Shown here in pieces: positions 16,521 to 26,246 of a DNA stretch of 46,622 nt (the first letter of the stretch is position 1; each line of letters begins with the position of its first letter). The stretch comes from a virus: the IMG/VR virus record IMGVR_UViG_3300026116_000015; one strand, given 5' to 3'. Position numbers and translations under genes: made by a program. The notes below the pieces were generated by a model. That model ran no database searches and was not told the DNA's origin. It saw nothing but the letters and a program-made list of their open reading frames with translations.

Positions 16521-17108
16521 TTACCTCACGTCGAATAGGCGCGGCCAAACCGTGCCGTTGAAGGTGAATGAATATCGCCCGGCATTCATGCCACCGGAAG
16601 CCTGCACAGAAAGCGTGCGCAAAATGTCGGACACCAGAACCGGCGGGGTAGCGTCCGTTATCCCCCCACTCCCGTACGCGATGGTATCGCCCACAACGAA
16701 ACCGTTCCCCGTGAGAGACGCCGGAACAGCCACCCCGCCGCGAATGAGAACGATCGGGAAAGGATCAACGCTCACCACGAACGACGGATAGAACGGAACC
16801 GAGTCGTACCCGGTCGCGACCTGTCCGTCATGCGCGGGAGGCTGCTGCTCGACTGCGCTCAGTGCAGCAACCATAGTTGCGGCGGCGGCACGCTTCAGAT
16901 CGCGATCGATCGAGCTGCCATCCGGCTCGTGGCAGCAGAAGCGACCCACGAACGCCGAGGAGGAGAGTCCGTCGCCCCCAGGCTGAAACTCCTGATGGCG
17001 AACCGGATATTCAGCGCCGCAAATATCGCAATTGAACGAGCCAAGGCTTCCGCCGCGAAGGCGTTCGTCGTCGAAGACATGCTGCGGGATTGCGGCGGCT
17101 TTTCCCAT
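16521..17108 (-). CDS. Hypothetical virion protein with an N-terminal Cys cluster (195 aa)
   Basis: Contains CDICG...CCHEP. Follows the capsid gene. Confidence 0.65.
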   Translation of the reverse strand: MGKAAAIPQHVFDDERLRGGSLGSFNCDICGAEYPVRHQEFQPGGDGLSSSAFVGRFCCHEPDGSSIDRDLKRAAAATMVAALSAVEQQPPAHDGQVATGYDSVPFYPSFVVSVDPFPIVLIRGGVAVPASLTGNGFVVGDTIAYGSGGITDATPPVLVSDILRTLSVQASGGMNAGRYSFTFNGTVWPRLFDVR

Positions 17109-17169
17109 TCGTTACCACACGCGGCGGGGCGGACCCGTAGGCCCGCCCACACCGTTGCTGCCAGAGAGG

Positions 17170-18132
17170 TTACACCCCGGCGTTGATGAGCGCGCACTTC
17201 GCGCTCTCGAAGAACGGGGCGACGCGAGAGTAGTACTCCACAAGCTTGGTACCGGTGCGCGGAATCGTCGCGCGGCGAACGGTCGGTTTCTCCTTGACCC
17301 AGAAGCACAGATCGTTGTCGTCGAGATTGAGCAGCATCCACGAGGTCTCCAGCGCGCCGAGATAGGTGTTGAGGATCGGAACCCACTCCACCTCTTCGTA
17401 CCGCTCATTGAGCGCGTTGGGGGTGCCGTAGTTCATGGTGTCCGGCTGACGAACGGCCTTCAGCAGCTCCGGAATGCGCCACGACCAGTAGCGGCCGTGA
17501 ACGATGCCGATGCGCTTGATGGACCCCTGCGGGCGGCCGGTCTCGTCGGGGATGTTCTCCAGCATCGTGACGCCTTCCATGAGCGCCAGGGCGTTGAGCG
17601 TGCCGGAGGTCTGGTTGTTGGACCACGTAACCGGCGTGCCCTTGGTGGTGACGTGCGAGGTGGAGAAGAGCGCCAGCCCGTCGCGGCCCGCACCCTGCCA
17701 GAACGAGGTTGCGGTTGTGGACGTACCGCGGAGCTGGAAATCGGTGCAGAGCAGTTCCCACGCCCATTCGTGGGAGTCGTTCATGTCACTGCCCATCTTG
17801 GCGAAGAACTTCACCTTGTCATCGTCGATCCGCCCGTTGGCGAACATGTCGGTTTCCAGCTCGTGCGGAGTCAGGACGGCGATGGTGAGCTTCTTCGGCT
17901 TGATGACGAGGGTCGTACCGGGCGCGTATTCGTCGAGGTGCGACTGCCCGCCGAGCGGGGTGTAGGCCGCCGGGCCGAGTTTGACGCCCGTCACGGAGCG
18001 ATGGTCGGCGTTGTCTTCGCTGATGGAACGCGTGTACTTGGTGTACGTGCGTCCCGGTTTGTCGCGCTTCTCCTCGAAGGCGAGATCTTGCGTCGAGTAG
18101 AGGAAGTCGGTGAACTGGTCGAGTGTCATCAT
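17170..18132 (-). CDS. Major capsid protein (candidate)
   Basis: 320 aa, downstream of the scaffold-like and decoration-like genes. Size and position are typical. No motif-level proof. Confidence 0.65.
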   Translation of the reverse strand: MMTLDQFTDFLYSTQDLAFEEKRDKPGRTYTKYTRSISEDNADHRSVTGVKLGPAAYTPLGGQSHLDEYAPGTTLVIKPKKLTIAVLTPHELETDMFANGRIDDDKVKFFAKMGSDMNDSHEWAWELLCTDFQLRGTSTTATSFWQGAGRDGLALFSTSHVTTKGTPVTWSNNQTSGTLNALALMEGVTMLENIPDETGRPQGSIKRIGIVHGRYWSWRIPELLKAVRQPDTMNYGTPNALNERYEEVEWVPILNTYLGALETSWMLLNLDDNDLCFWVKEKPTVRRATIPRTGTKLVEYYSRVAPFFESAKCALINAGV

Positions 18133-18144
18133 GGCGTCTGATCC

Positions 18145-18636
18145 TTACTGGCCGATCTGGAGGTTGGCATCGTCGAAGATGACGAACGCCGCCCACTTGG
18201 TATCGCCGATTTGGAATCCCGGCGGGGTTGTGCCCTGGATGTAGCCGACCGCGCGGCACTGGTCGCCGGCGTCGCCGGTCGAGCCGTACCACAGTCCGGT
18301 GGTCGCGTCCTTGACGACGCCGAGGTTGCCCGCCGCGACGCCGAGGAGGTTCTGCGCGAGAGCTTCGTCAACGCAGATGACCCACTTGTCGCCAGCGCGG
18401 AGGCGGTAGACGATGTTTTTGTACTGGCCAGCCGTGCCGTTATGACCATCGGCGGCGAGAACGCCGTAGATGACGGTCGGGGAGGCGCCGCACTCGTCGA
18501 TGCGGCCGTTGGAATCGATGATGACCGGAGTCCCGGCCAGCCCCGTCAGAGACGCGGACTCGGGGAACTCTTCGGCGCATTCATCGTAGACATTCTGATC
18601 GAACGGGTACCACGGGAAATAGGCTCCTGCTGCCAT
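18145..18636 (-). CDS. Head decoration-like protein (163 aa)
   Basis: Immediately upstream of the capsid gene. Very high third-position GC. Positional call. Confidence 0.5.
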   Translation of the reverse strand: MAAGAYFPWYPFDQNVYDECAEEFPESASLTGLAGTPVIIDSNGRIDECGASPTVIYGVLAADGHNGTAGQYKNIVYRLRAGDKWVICVDEALAQNLLGVAAGNLGVVKDATTGLWYGSTGDAGDQCRAVGYIQGTTPPGFQIGDTKWAAFVIFDDANLQIGQ

Positions 18637-18682
18637 GTCGCATGTCTCTATCTCCTCGCCCTGCCATGCGCGACCAAGCGCC

Positions 18683-18985
18683 TTACGGATTCAAAAGTGC
18701 TTTCAACTCTCCGATTGCGTGAAATTCCGAAGGAGAGGCTTCCGTCAGGCCTGACAACAGGTCCCGAAGCAAATCGGCTTCGTCTTGATCGAAGTCGACT
18801 TCCCCGTCTTGAAACTGGTAGGTGGTTTCGTGTTCGCTCTTGATGATGGCCGCGGAGCCTCGCAGCTTGTCGAAGGTGCGCGTTGCCACAGGGGCAACGC
18901 TCATCTGAAAGCGCCGCTCATTCGATCCTGAAAAGAAGAGGGACAAGAGCAGGCCTTTGTGCGTCCTGTTGCTTACGGTCATCAT
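18683..18985 (-). CDS. Hypothetical protein (100 aa; alternative ATG at 18904)
   Basis: ORF in the late operon with an acidic C-terminus. Confidence 0.55.
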   Translation of the reverse strand: MMTVSNRTHKGLLLSLFFSGSNERRFQMSVAPVATRTFDKLRGSAAIIKSEHETTYQFQDGEVDFDQDEADLLRDLLSGLTEASPSEFHAIGELKALLNP

Positions 18986-18992
18986 CGGTTTC

Positions 18993-19883
18993 TTAGTAGA
19001 GGCTCGCGATCGGTCCGAGGTCGGCGGTGAACGTCGTCGGAACGGTCAGGGTGGCAAAGGTGGAATCGGTGGCATAAGTCAGTGATCCGACCGTGCCGGT
19101 GGCGAACGATCCGATGACGTGGCCGCGCAGGTCATGCGTGGTCGTGTCGTAGATTGCGCCGATGAAGTACGTCGCCGGGCCGACGACGGCGATCGGCGCC
19201 CCAGTGAACGGGATGAGCTGGTATGCGGTCGTTCCGGACATCGCCGTCGACGCCGACACCGCGACGCGCGTTCCGGTCGTTCCGGAGACGCTGAAGAGCG
19301 CGACCTTCCCGTTTCCCGCAACGGCAGTCCCGTTGAAGATCGCCACGCCGGTCACGCTCATATTGGCCGGCACGAACACCTCGGCGAGGTACATCATCCC
19401 GGCCGTGTTCGTCGCGGAGTTGGTTCCAGAGGTGGTCGCGATTGCCGGCACGCCACCGGTGTGACAGAGGCGCGGCGAGGTAGCGAATCCGCCAGCGGCA
19501 GCTACGCCACCGGTGGGCGTGATCGCGCCGCGAATGGTGGTCGCGCCGGAGTCGAGAACGGTGATGTTGGTATTCGCGTCGCCGTGGTCACGGAACACGA
19601 GCGATGTCACCGGCTGGATGATCTTCTCGGAAGTTCCGTTGAAGGTGATTCCGTCGTCGGTGAGAACGACGCCGCCCGCCGTGATGGTGAGCGTGCTGCG
19701 AAGCGTCGCGCTTCCGGCGTCTAAAATCTTGAAGTTGTCGGCGCTGTCCGCGTTGTTGCGGATGGAAAGGGACGTGGCGCCGGCGATGATCTTACCTGCC
19801 GCCGTGGAAATCGTGAGGCTTGAACCGATCACGTTCCCGGTGGTGATGTTTGAGGTTGCGGTGTTCCCGATGTACGTGGGCAT
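18993..19883 (-). CDS. Fibre-like beta-rich protein encoded inside the head module (296 aa)
   Basis: Thr/Ser/Gly/Ala-rich with repetitive I/V-x-T patterns (ITTGNVIGSSLTISTAAG...). Lies between the scaffold-like and capsid genes. Confidence 0.6.
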   Translation of the reverse strand: MPTYIGNTATSNITTGNVIGSSLTISTAAGKIIAGATSLSIRNNADSADNFKILDAGSATLRSTLTITAGGVVLTDDGITFNGTSEKIIQPVTSLVFRDHGDANTNITVLDSGATTIRGAITPTGGVAAAGGFATSPRLCHTGGVPAIATTSGTNSATNTAGMMYLAEVFVPANMSVTGVAIFNGTAVAGNGKVALFSVSGTTGTRVAVSASTAMSGTTAYQLIPFTGAPIAVVGPATYFIGAIYDTTTHDLRGHVIGSFATGTVGSLTYATDSTFATLTVPTTFTADLGPIASLY

Positions 19884-19886
19884 CCC

Positions 19887-20495
19887 CTACTCCTCTTTCA
19901 GTTGAATGGTTTCTTCCTCGCCCTCGGTGATCTTCACGTCGGTTACTTCCATGTCTGCGGGGAGGTCGAGATTCCCGGCCTCACGTTGCCAATTCTTCGC
20001 TGCCCCCGCCGCCTTTTGTTCGACCGAAGTCTGAACGTCGGTGGAGAGTCGAAGTTTCTCCTCTTGCTTCCGCTGAGCCTCTTCGCCGGTTCGGTACATC
20101 AGAACGAGTGCGGGCTTGGTGTGGCCGCCGAGCGTGATCCTCTTCCCCGTGTCGGGGCGCCACAGATGGCGTACGCGGAAGTTGATGTCAAAGTCCTTCG
20201 CGAGCGCTTCGGTGAATCCCTCGCCAGTCATGCGCGCCCAGTCGCGGAGCGAGTGTGTGTCCTCCCGGTCCTCCCACAACTTGAAGTCCAACTCCTGCGT
20301 CGGGTTGGAGCGAAGCCGAAAATAGCCGGGGTAGATCGCTGCCACAGAGCTGCGGTCGTTGATGACATCCTTCTGATCGGTAATGAAGTGCTCGCCGTGA
20401 ACCGCCGCATGTTTCTCAGGGAGCTTTTTGGGGGCGCGAAAACTGTAAACCGGGTTCGCGTCGGCTGGTGTGAAGTCTTGCTCTGTCGCTGCCAT
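19887..20495 (-). CDS. Hypothetical head-module protein (202 aa)
   Basis: ORF with good coding bias and an acidic coiled C-terminus. Confidence 0.7.
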   Translation of the reverse strand: MAATEQDFTPADANPVYSFRAPKKLPEKHAAVHGEHFITDQKDVINDRSSVAAIYPGYFRLRSNPTQELDFKLWEDREDTHSLRDWARMTGEGFTEALAKDFDINFRVRHLWRPDTGKRITLGGHTKPALVLMYRTGEEAQRKQEEKLRLSTDVQTSVEQKAAGAAKNWQREAGNLDLPADMEVTDVKITEGEEETIQLKEE

Positions 20496-20505
20496 TTCGT
20501 TGCTC

Positions 20506-21477
20506 CTACGCCGTGCGGCGGCGTTTGGTTTGACTCATCGCGGCCACGGCCGCTGCGTTCAATTTATCGTCGGGGAGTTTGTAGCCCTGCGCGCGGAAGT
20601 GCTTGCCGACGCGCTCGATGAGGTTCTGCGTGCGCACATCAAATTCCGGTTGCGCTGGCGCGTCGACTGGGGCGGCCGGGGCACCTGAACCGACCGTCGG
20701 GGCGGGCGCCGTGGGAACGGGTTGGCGAGGTGCGGTCGGCCCTGGCTTCGGCACTTTGTACGAAACGATGTCGTCGATCCATTTCGCCGCATCCACGTAG
20801 CTCTTTGGATCGTCTGGCGCCCATCCTTTGGATTCTACAACGCTCGAAATGATTTCGATTTCTCGATCCGAAGCCCAGTCTTTCGGGTCTCGTCCGAGCA
20901 GGATACCCGCCTGCCGATGCGCCGCGCGAATGTCGTTGTTCCGCTCGCGAGTCTCGATACGTTGCAGGCGCTCATCAAGCGGCTGCAACTTCTCGTCGAT
21001 CTGCGGAACGATGCGCCCCTCGGCGATATCCGCCACGCGACCGAGGGCGAGGTTTGGATCGGCGGCGGCAACCTCACCGAGTGATTCGCGGCGGATCTGT
21101 TCCTCGTACGTCTCGGACTTCGCTGGTTCAGGAGTTGGCGGCGCGGCGGGTTGCCTTTCGAGGACCGATCCGAGGAGACGCTTCAAAAGCAACGCTTCCT
21201 GCTCGGCGATGTTCTTCGCCTCCCCGATTCTGTCGCGCTGGTCGATGCTGCGCTTGCGATCCTCGGCCAGCTCGCGCAGTGTCTTTCCGCGAAGGGTAGG
21301 CGGGATCAAATCGTCATCGTCAGGGAGGATGCCGTCGAAGGAGAGGGTCGCCGGAACAACCGGCGCGGCAAGTGTTTCTGGAGTGGCCGCTACAACCGGT
21401 GCGGGCGTCGGCTCGTCATCCGGAGCGCCCTCATTCATCGTGTGGAGTTCCTTCAGCCGATCTTCGATGACGCTCAT
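20506..21477 (-). CDS. Scaffolding-like protein (323 aa)
   Basis: Charged, helical, Pro-rich linkers. Located between portal and capsid. Confidence 0.55.
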   Translation of the reverse strand: MSVIEDRLKELHTMNEGAPDDEPTPAPVVAATPETLAAPVVPATLSFDGILPDDDDLIPPTLRGKTLRELAEDRKRSIDQRDRIGEAKNIAEQEALLLKRLLGSVLERQPAAPPTPEPAKSETYEEQIRRESLGEVAAADPNLALGRVADIAEGRIVPQIDEKLQPLDERLQRIETRERNNDIRAAHRQAGILLGRDPKDWASDREIEIISSVVESKGWAPDDPKSYVDAAKWIDDIVSYKVPKPGPTAPRQPVPTAPAPTVGSGAPAAPVDAPAQPEFDVRTQNLIERVGKHFRAQGYKLPDDKLNAAAVAAMSQTKRRRTA

Positions 21478-21755
21478 TTCAATTCCTCGGTCGGTGGATT
21501 CTCGACTTTGTCGCGCAAAGTTTCAAGTATTTGCAGCGTTTCGTCAAATCCGGCGATTTGTCCGCGCCGGAAATCAAGCGACTGATCCGTCTTTTCATGG
21601 CCCAGCCGCTCCCGGTGGTTGAACAGCTTGCGGTGAAGCTGGGACAGGTACTCCTGGAAGAACAGGTTGTCCGCCAGGGCCGCCAGATGGTTCTTGTCCG
21701 GCTTGTGGCTGGGGAACAGATCCTCCACCTTCGGGGGCAGGAAGCTGCGGGCCAT
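21474..21755 (-). CDS. Hypothetical protein (93 aa) overlapping the portal 3' end
   Basis: AAGGAGGAG SD 5 nt before ATG 21755. Third positions are almost all G/C. ATGA overlap with the scaffold-like gene. Confidence 0.75.
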   Translation of the reverse strand: MARSFLPPKVEDLFPSHKPDKNHLAALADNLFFQEYLSQLHRKLFNHRERLGHEKTDQSLDFRRGQIAGFDETLQILETLRDKVENPPTEELK

Positions 21756-23823
21756 TCACTCCTCCTTGCGCCGCTGCCGCTGCCTCGGCCTGCTGCGCTG
21801 CTTCGTCGATCAATGACTGCCGCCATCCGGCAATCATTTTCTCGTCAATGGCGTAGTGCTGCGTGTCGAGTTTGAAGCTGCGAATCCGTTCCGCGTAGAG
21901 CCGGTTGCGACGAAGCAGGAGGAACTGCGCGGCGTCGCGCTTGGCTTGCGGTACCTGCCCGTCAAGGATCGTCTGAAGCAGGCCCATGTCCGCTTCGTTC
22001 TGCGCGTCGGTATCCTGCGCGAGCAGTCCGGCCTTCTCGAAGCGCGCCTGCGCGGAATCGTCATCCCCGGTCGCCGTCACGCGGCAAGAGAAGTGATTCG
22101 CGATCACCTCGCGCGGGAAGCCGATGATCTTTGAGACGATCTTCTTCTTCTCTTTGTCGTTGTACGGGATCACGGCGTACTGCGAGAACTGCGCGATGGT
22201 TTGGAGGTACAGCATGATCGCCTTCGCAATCGAGCGCCGTTCGGAGCGGAGAAGCTGAATCGACTGCTGCTTGACCGACTGCTGCGTGAGGGCAACCGTC
22301 GCTCCGGGCGTGCGGTTCGGGATGTCCGTCTCGTCTTGACGGAGGAGGCTTTCGCCCATCGCGGTGAGCATCCCGATTTCCGGCGCGAGCGTTTCGACTG
22401 GCGCGCCGAGTTGCTGAAGGCTGATGTCGGTCGGCTCGTCGAAGGTAAGCATGTCGCCGGGACGAACTTGAAAGTTCTTGGCCTTCAGTTGCCGCCATGT
22501 CGGCGAGTTCTCTTTGATGAGGAACACTTTCAGCGTGTTCTGAACCTTGTTCTTCACCTGGAGATCCATGAAGCTTGACAGGAGTGCTTGGATCGGCGCC
22601 ACGTCTCCCGACGCCGACATTCCGCTGAACCGATGCGGGCGCTTGTGGCGGAAGAACGGCACGATGAGGCGCCTTCCGCTCCACGACCAATTCGCCGTCA
22701 TGCTCAGGAAGGTCCGCGATTTGACGTGCAGATCGCCAAGGCATGAGCGGATCTCGATGGCTTTGGTCCCGTCCTGCTGCGTGATAAGGAACGGGTGAAA
22801 AAAGGAGAGGGTCCGTACGTCGTGCTCGGCAAGCGGCTTTTCGGCCACGAGCGAATCGATCCGGTCGGCGCGCGCTTCGATCGGGTCGTTTTCGCGCAGG
22901 TTCTCGCCGAAGTTCATGACCTTGTCTACGAGGGACTGGTCCGGCCCTTTCTTGCCCCACTTGCGCGCGAAGTCGTACCGGCCTTCCTTGATCCCCTCCC
23001 ACAGCTTTTGATTGGTGAGCGGATTCTTTTCCGCGATCCACCACGCCGTTTGTTCGTCCTCGATCGGGAGTGAGGTCGTGACGTTGTAGCCGGAGACGTG
23101 GCGGATGCGTACTAAATTTCGCGGAACGACGGTCGTGTCCTCTACACCGAAAATCTGCACGTCACCTTTTGCCGTCCGGATGAACTTGCGCGTTTTCGCG
23201 TGCAACACTCGCGGGTCGTAATCGATGCGCCAGTAGGTCGGATTCTCACCGACCATGATTGCGTGCGTGGTGTCCTCAACGAGCTGCTCGAAGTCCTCGC
23301 ACTCGGTCAGGTAGTACTGGATGAGGTCCTGAAAGTTCGCAGCGATCTCTTCGCTCGACAGATCCTCGGTCTCGAAGATCGGTTGCGGTCCGGCTTCCTC
23401 GTACCCGACTACCGGCGTGTTCGTCGACGGGCCGTCCATCACGCCAACCGGAACCTCGTACGATCCGCCGTCGAGCGGGCGGAATGTCATGTACGGGTCT
23501 TTGCTGAGGATCTGATTCGAAACCCACGCGATTTGCTGGTTGATGATGCCCTTCCCGAGCGGCACGGTCAGGACTTCGTTGGCGCCCGGTTCGTCCGCCT
23601 CGTACGCATCCTCTGCTGCGCGCATGCGGCGGAACCGCTCTTCGAAATTCTTGTCGCCCTGTTCGACCTGATCGGCGTACGTGCTGCCCATCTTTGCGAG
23701 GATGTCTTTCGCCGGATAGATGCGGTCGTAGCCGTACCGCTCGTCGGTCTCGATCTTCGCCGAGTCCTCCTCCCTGCGCAGGAGGGGAGTGATCGGGTCG
23801 TTAGCGTTGGCGTCGGGTTCCAC
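21595..23823 (-). CDS. Portal protein (candidate)
   Basis: About 740-aa ORF following the large terminase. GTG 23823 minimises overlap (track start is 23901). The last approx 55 codons are Pro/Gly/Gln-rich and out of phase with the next gene. Confidence 0.7.
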   Translation of the reverse strand: MEPDANANDPITPLLRREEDSAKIETDERYGYDRIYPAKDILAKMGSTYADQVEQGDKNFEERFRRMRAAEDAYEADEPGANEVLTVPLGKGIINQQIAWVSNQILSKDPYMTFRPLDGGSYEVPVGVMDGPSTNTPVVGYEEAGPQPIFETEDLSSEEIAANFQDLIQYYLTECEDFEQLVEDTTHAIMVGENPTYWRIDYDPRVLHAKTRKFIRTAKGDVQIFGVEDTTVVPRNLVRIRHVSGYNVTTSLPIEDEQTAWWIAEKNPLTNQKLWEGIKEGRYDFARKWGKKGPDQSLVDKVMNFGENLRENDPIEARADRIDSLVAEKPLAEHDVRTLSFFHPFLITQQDGTKAIEIRSCLGDLHVKSRTFLSMTANWSWSGRRLIVPFFRHKRPHRFSGMSASGDVAPIQALLSSFMDLQVKNKVQNTLKVFLIKENSPTWRQLKAKNFQVRPGDMLTFDEPTDISLQQLGAPVETLAPEIGMLTAMGESLLRQDETDIPNRTPGATVALTQQSVKQQSIQLLRSERRSIAKAIMLYLQTIAQFSQYAVIPYNDKEKKKIVSKIIGFPREVIANHFSCRVTATGDDDSAQARFEKAGLLAQDTDAQNEADMGLLQTILDGQVPQAKRDAAQFLLLRRNRLYAERIRSFKLDTQHYAIDEKMIAGWRQSLIDEAAQQAEAAAAAQGGVNGPQLPAPEGGGSVPQPQAGQEPSGGPGGQPVLPGVPVPASPQAVQPPGAAGP

Positions 23824-24301
23824 GCGTGCCCTTCGTTCGCATCGGTCGCTGATTTGGCGATGGGATAATGCCGCGTTCGCGCTTACTCGGCGGGAGCGCA
23901 AGCTGCGTCGTGATCTCCGTCATGAGGTGCTGGATCGCGTAAGCGTATGCCTCGCAACTGTTCTCCGAATGACGCACGCCGATTCTGTAGAGCATAAAGT
24001 CGACGGCATGAAAGACTTCGTGCGCGAGCTGCCCCCAATGCTTCGGCGTGTCTGTAAAGGTTCGTAGGCGCAGCACGGTTCCACCACCGCGAAGCATCAC
24101 GCACCGCCCTTCGACCGACGTCTCTCCCTCCACGCTCAGGTCGCGAGTCTCTTCCTCGGTCGGGTCAATCCCACGTTCCGATAGCGCGGCCGCTACCTCG
24201 GCATCAGACGCGCCGATCGCCACCATCACGTCGAAGGGATATCCACCGTGTGCAACCACAAAGATGGCCGTTGGGGTCGCGATCTCCCGTTTCTTTTTCA
24301 T
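23801..24301 (-). CDS. Small HExxH zincin-like protein between terminase and portal
   Basis: HEVFH is encoded at 24008..24022 in the context QLAHEVFHAVD, near-identical to the motif in the 719-aa protein. Confidence 0.65.
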   Translation of the reverse strand: MKKKREIATPTAIFVVAHGGYPFDVMVAIGASDAEVAAALSERGIDPTEEETRDLSVEGETSVEGRCVMLRGGGTVLRLRTFTDTPKHWGQLAHEVFHAVDFMLYRIGVRHSENSCEAYAYAIQHLMTEITTQLALPPSKRERGIIPSPNQRPMRTKGTRGTRRQR

Positions 24302-24395
24302 GAGCGCACCCGTCGTCCCTCTCGGTAGTGGTCTTCGCGGCTACCGGGCGAGGGAAGCGCGCGCGAATCTACCGAGTAGGGGCGGCGGCTGACGT

Positions 24396-26246
24396 TCATG
24401 CCGCGCGACCCTTTGGCAGGCAGTCCATCCAATTCGAGTTGTCGATGCCGGTCAGCCGATTCACGTTGCGCGATGATAGTGCTTTTTCGAGCAAAGCGCT
24501 CGACGCATCCGCTTCGATCTGTTCCGGCGAGGGCGGGCGCTTACAAAGTGAGCACGCCATCCATGTGCCGTCGAGCCGGTTATCAACCGCGTTCTTTCGC
24601 AGCGTTCCGTCCGGCTTTCGCGGCCGGTAACGGCTTGCCTCGTGAATCCATTTGATCATGCGCGGGTTGACATAGAAATCGCCCGTGAGCATGCGCCCCG
24701 CAATCCAGCGACGAATGAGCGCGTCTTTCGCCTCTTGGCCGGACGTAATCCCCTCGATTCGTTTGGCGAGCGACTGAAACTCCTGCGTCCTGTTCATCCA
24801 TTCGAGGGTCATTCCCTGTGTGGCGTTGGTGTCGGCGCCTACATGCTTCGGGGATCCACATTTTTTGTCGAACGGATTGGCGGCGTCTAACAGCCTGTCG
24901 TATCCCCGATCAACCTCTTCATCGAGCAGGATTTCGACACCCTCGTGATCCATGACTACGTATTCGAATGCCCACTCGTCGCCGGTCTGAGAAACGCTTT
25001 GATCAACAGCCCAGGCGCGCGCCGTCCGAGGGAGAGTCGTCACGTCGAGAAGGCGCCAATCGTCCGCGTTAAACTCCGGTCGCGACCGGTCGCGGCACGT
25101 TTTCTCTTTGCCCTTTTTGGGGAGCATCAGAACGTCGCGCTGCAACTCCTCGCTGAAAATCCAGTGAATGCCCTTCGCCGCGTCGAGCATCGCTTTGGTG
25201 AAGACGAACGATCCGCCATCCTTGTGCGGCACCATGTAGAAGTTGTGCAGCAGCTCGACGATGGAATGCTTGTCCTCGTTCGCCCGCGCCTTCCGCTTCA
25301 ACTCGTTGACGGCCTCGCGGGTGAACCATCCCTCCTCCGACATCGTCAGGGTGCCATCGGAGAAGATGTTTTCGATCGTCGTGCCGCCCTCGTGCTCCTC
25401 GATCGGCATCACGATGTGCAAAACGCCTGGATCGGCCATCAGCACGGAGTGATCGTCGAGCTCCCCGCTGACCGTGCCGATGTACACCTCGCGGCTCCCG
25501 CCAAACACTTCGCGAATTTGCAGCGCGTCGATACCAGCGATGAAGCGCAGCGCGTCCTCGATCGACGCCTCGCCGTACTCCGTTCCCGCGATGTCATCGA
25601 GCCGGATCTTCCCGTAGTGATTGCCGCGCCACTGCGAGGTGATACCGCGGCCCTCGATCGTTGCTTCCGCCGCCTTCTCGGTTCGTCCGGCGAGGAGGAG
25701 AGCCTTCATCGTCACGTCGCTCTTCGGGCTGAGCGGAACGCGCTCCGGGTACCAAAACGCGTACTCCGGGCTCATGACAATCTCGCCGATGGTGATGACG
25801 CGTTTCTCGGCGTAAGGGTCGGACTTCGAGCCGATGCCTACGCGCAGGTTCGGGTTGACCGTCGTCTCCCACAGGTCCGCGCAATCGGCGTCGACGGACT
25901 TGCCCATCCCGCGCGGACCGCACATGTAGACGCGCTTCAGCCGCGCCTTGATCCTCGGAAGGTCCGCCGGGTTGCGCCAGTCGATCGGCGGGCTTTGCCG
26001 CAAAAAGTCCTCTCGGATTTGCCGCGTGATGATGCCCTCGAAGCGCGGATCGCTGAGCGTGGCGGCGAGGAGTGCAGCCTGGCCGGTGTAGACGTAGAGC
26101 AGCGGACGGTGAATGCGCTCGACGGCGAGGTCGGCCTGCTTGCAGACGTACTTGAAGAAGTACCACGGATCTTCGTCCATCTTCGCGCGCAGGAGGGCAC
26201 GAGTTTCTGGATCGATCCGGCGAAGTTCGTCAGTTTGCTGGCACAC
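24396..26246 (-). CDS. terL: Terminase large subunit
   Basis: Walker A CGPRGMGKS. About 615 aa. Sits directly after a small HTH protein and before the portal. Start uncertain (GTG 26246, ATG 26180 or track 26312). Confidence 0.85.
   Translation of the reverse strand: MCQQTDELRRIDPETRALLRAKMDEDPWYFFKYVCKQADLAVERIHRPLLYVYTGQAALLAATLSDPRFEGIITRQIREDFLRQSPPIDWRNPADLPRIKARLKRVYMCGPRGMGKSVDADCADLWETTVNPNLRVGIGSKSDPYAEKRVITIGEIVMSPEYAFWYPERVPLSPKSDVTMKALLLAGRTEKAAEATIEGRGITSQWRGNHYGKIRLDDIAGTEYGEASIEDALRFIAGIDALQIREVFGGSREVYIGTVSGELDDHSVLMADPGVLHIVMPIEEHEGGTTIENIFSDGTLTMSEEGWFTREAVNELKRKARANEDKHSIVELLHNFYMVPHKDGGSFVFTKAMLDAAKGIHWIFSEELQRDVLMLPKKGKEKTCRDRSRPEFNADDWRLLDVTTLPRTARAWAVDQSVSQTGDEWAFEYVVMDHEGVEILLDEEVDRGYDRLLDAANPFDKKCGSPKHVGADTNATQGMTLEWMNRTQEFQSLAKRIEGITSGQEAKDALIRRWIAGRMLTGDFYVNPRMIKWIHEASRYRPRKPDGTLRKNAVDNRLDGTWMACSLCKRPPSPEQIEADASSALLEKALSSRNVNRLTGIDNSNWMDCLPKGRAA

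Noticed and set aside
21479-21826. 115-aa third-frame ORF over the portal / 93-aa gene overlap
   Set aside because: Arg/Ser/Trp-rich with no SD. The other two frames already account for the region.
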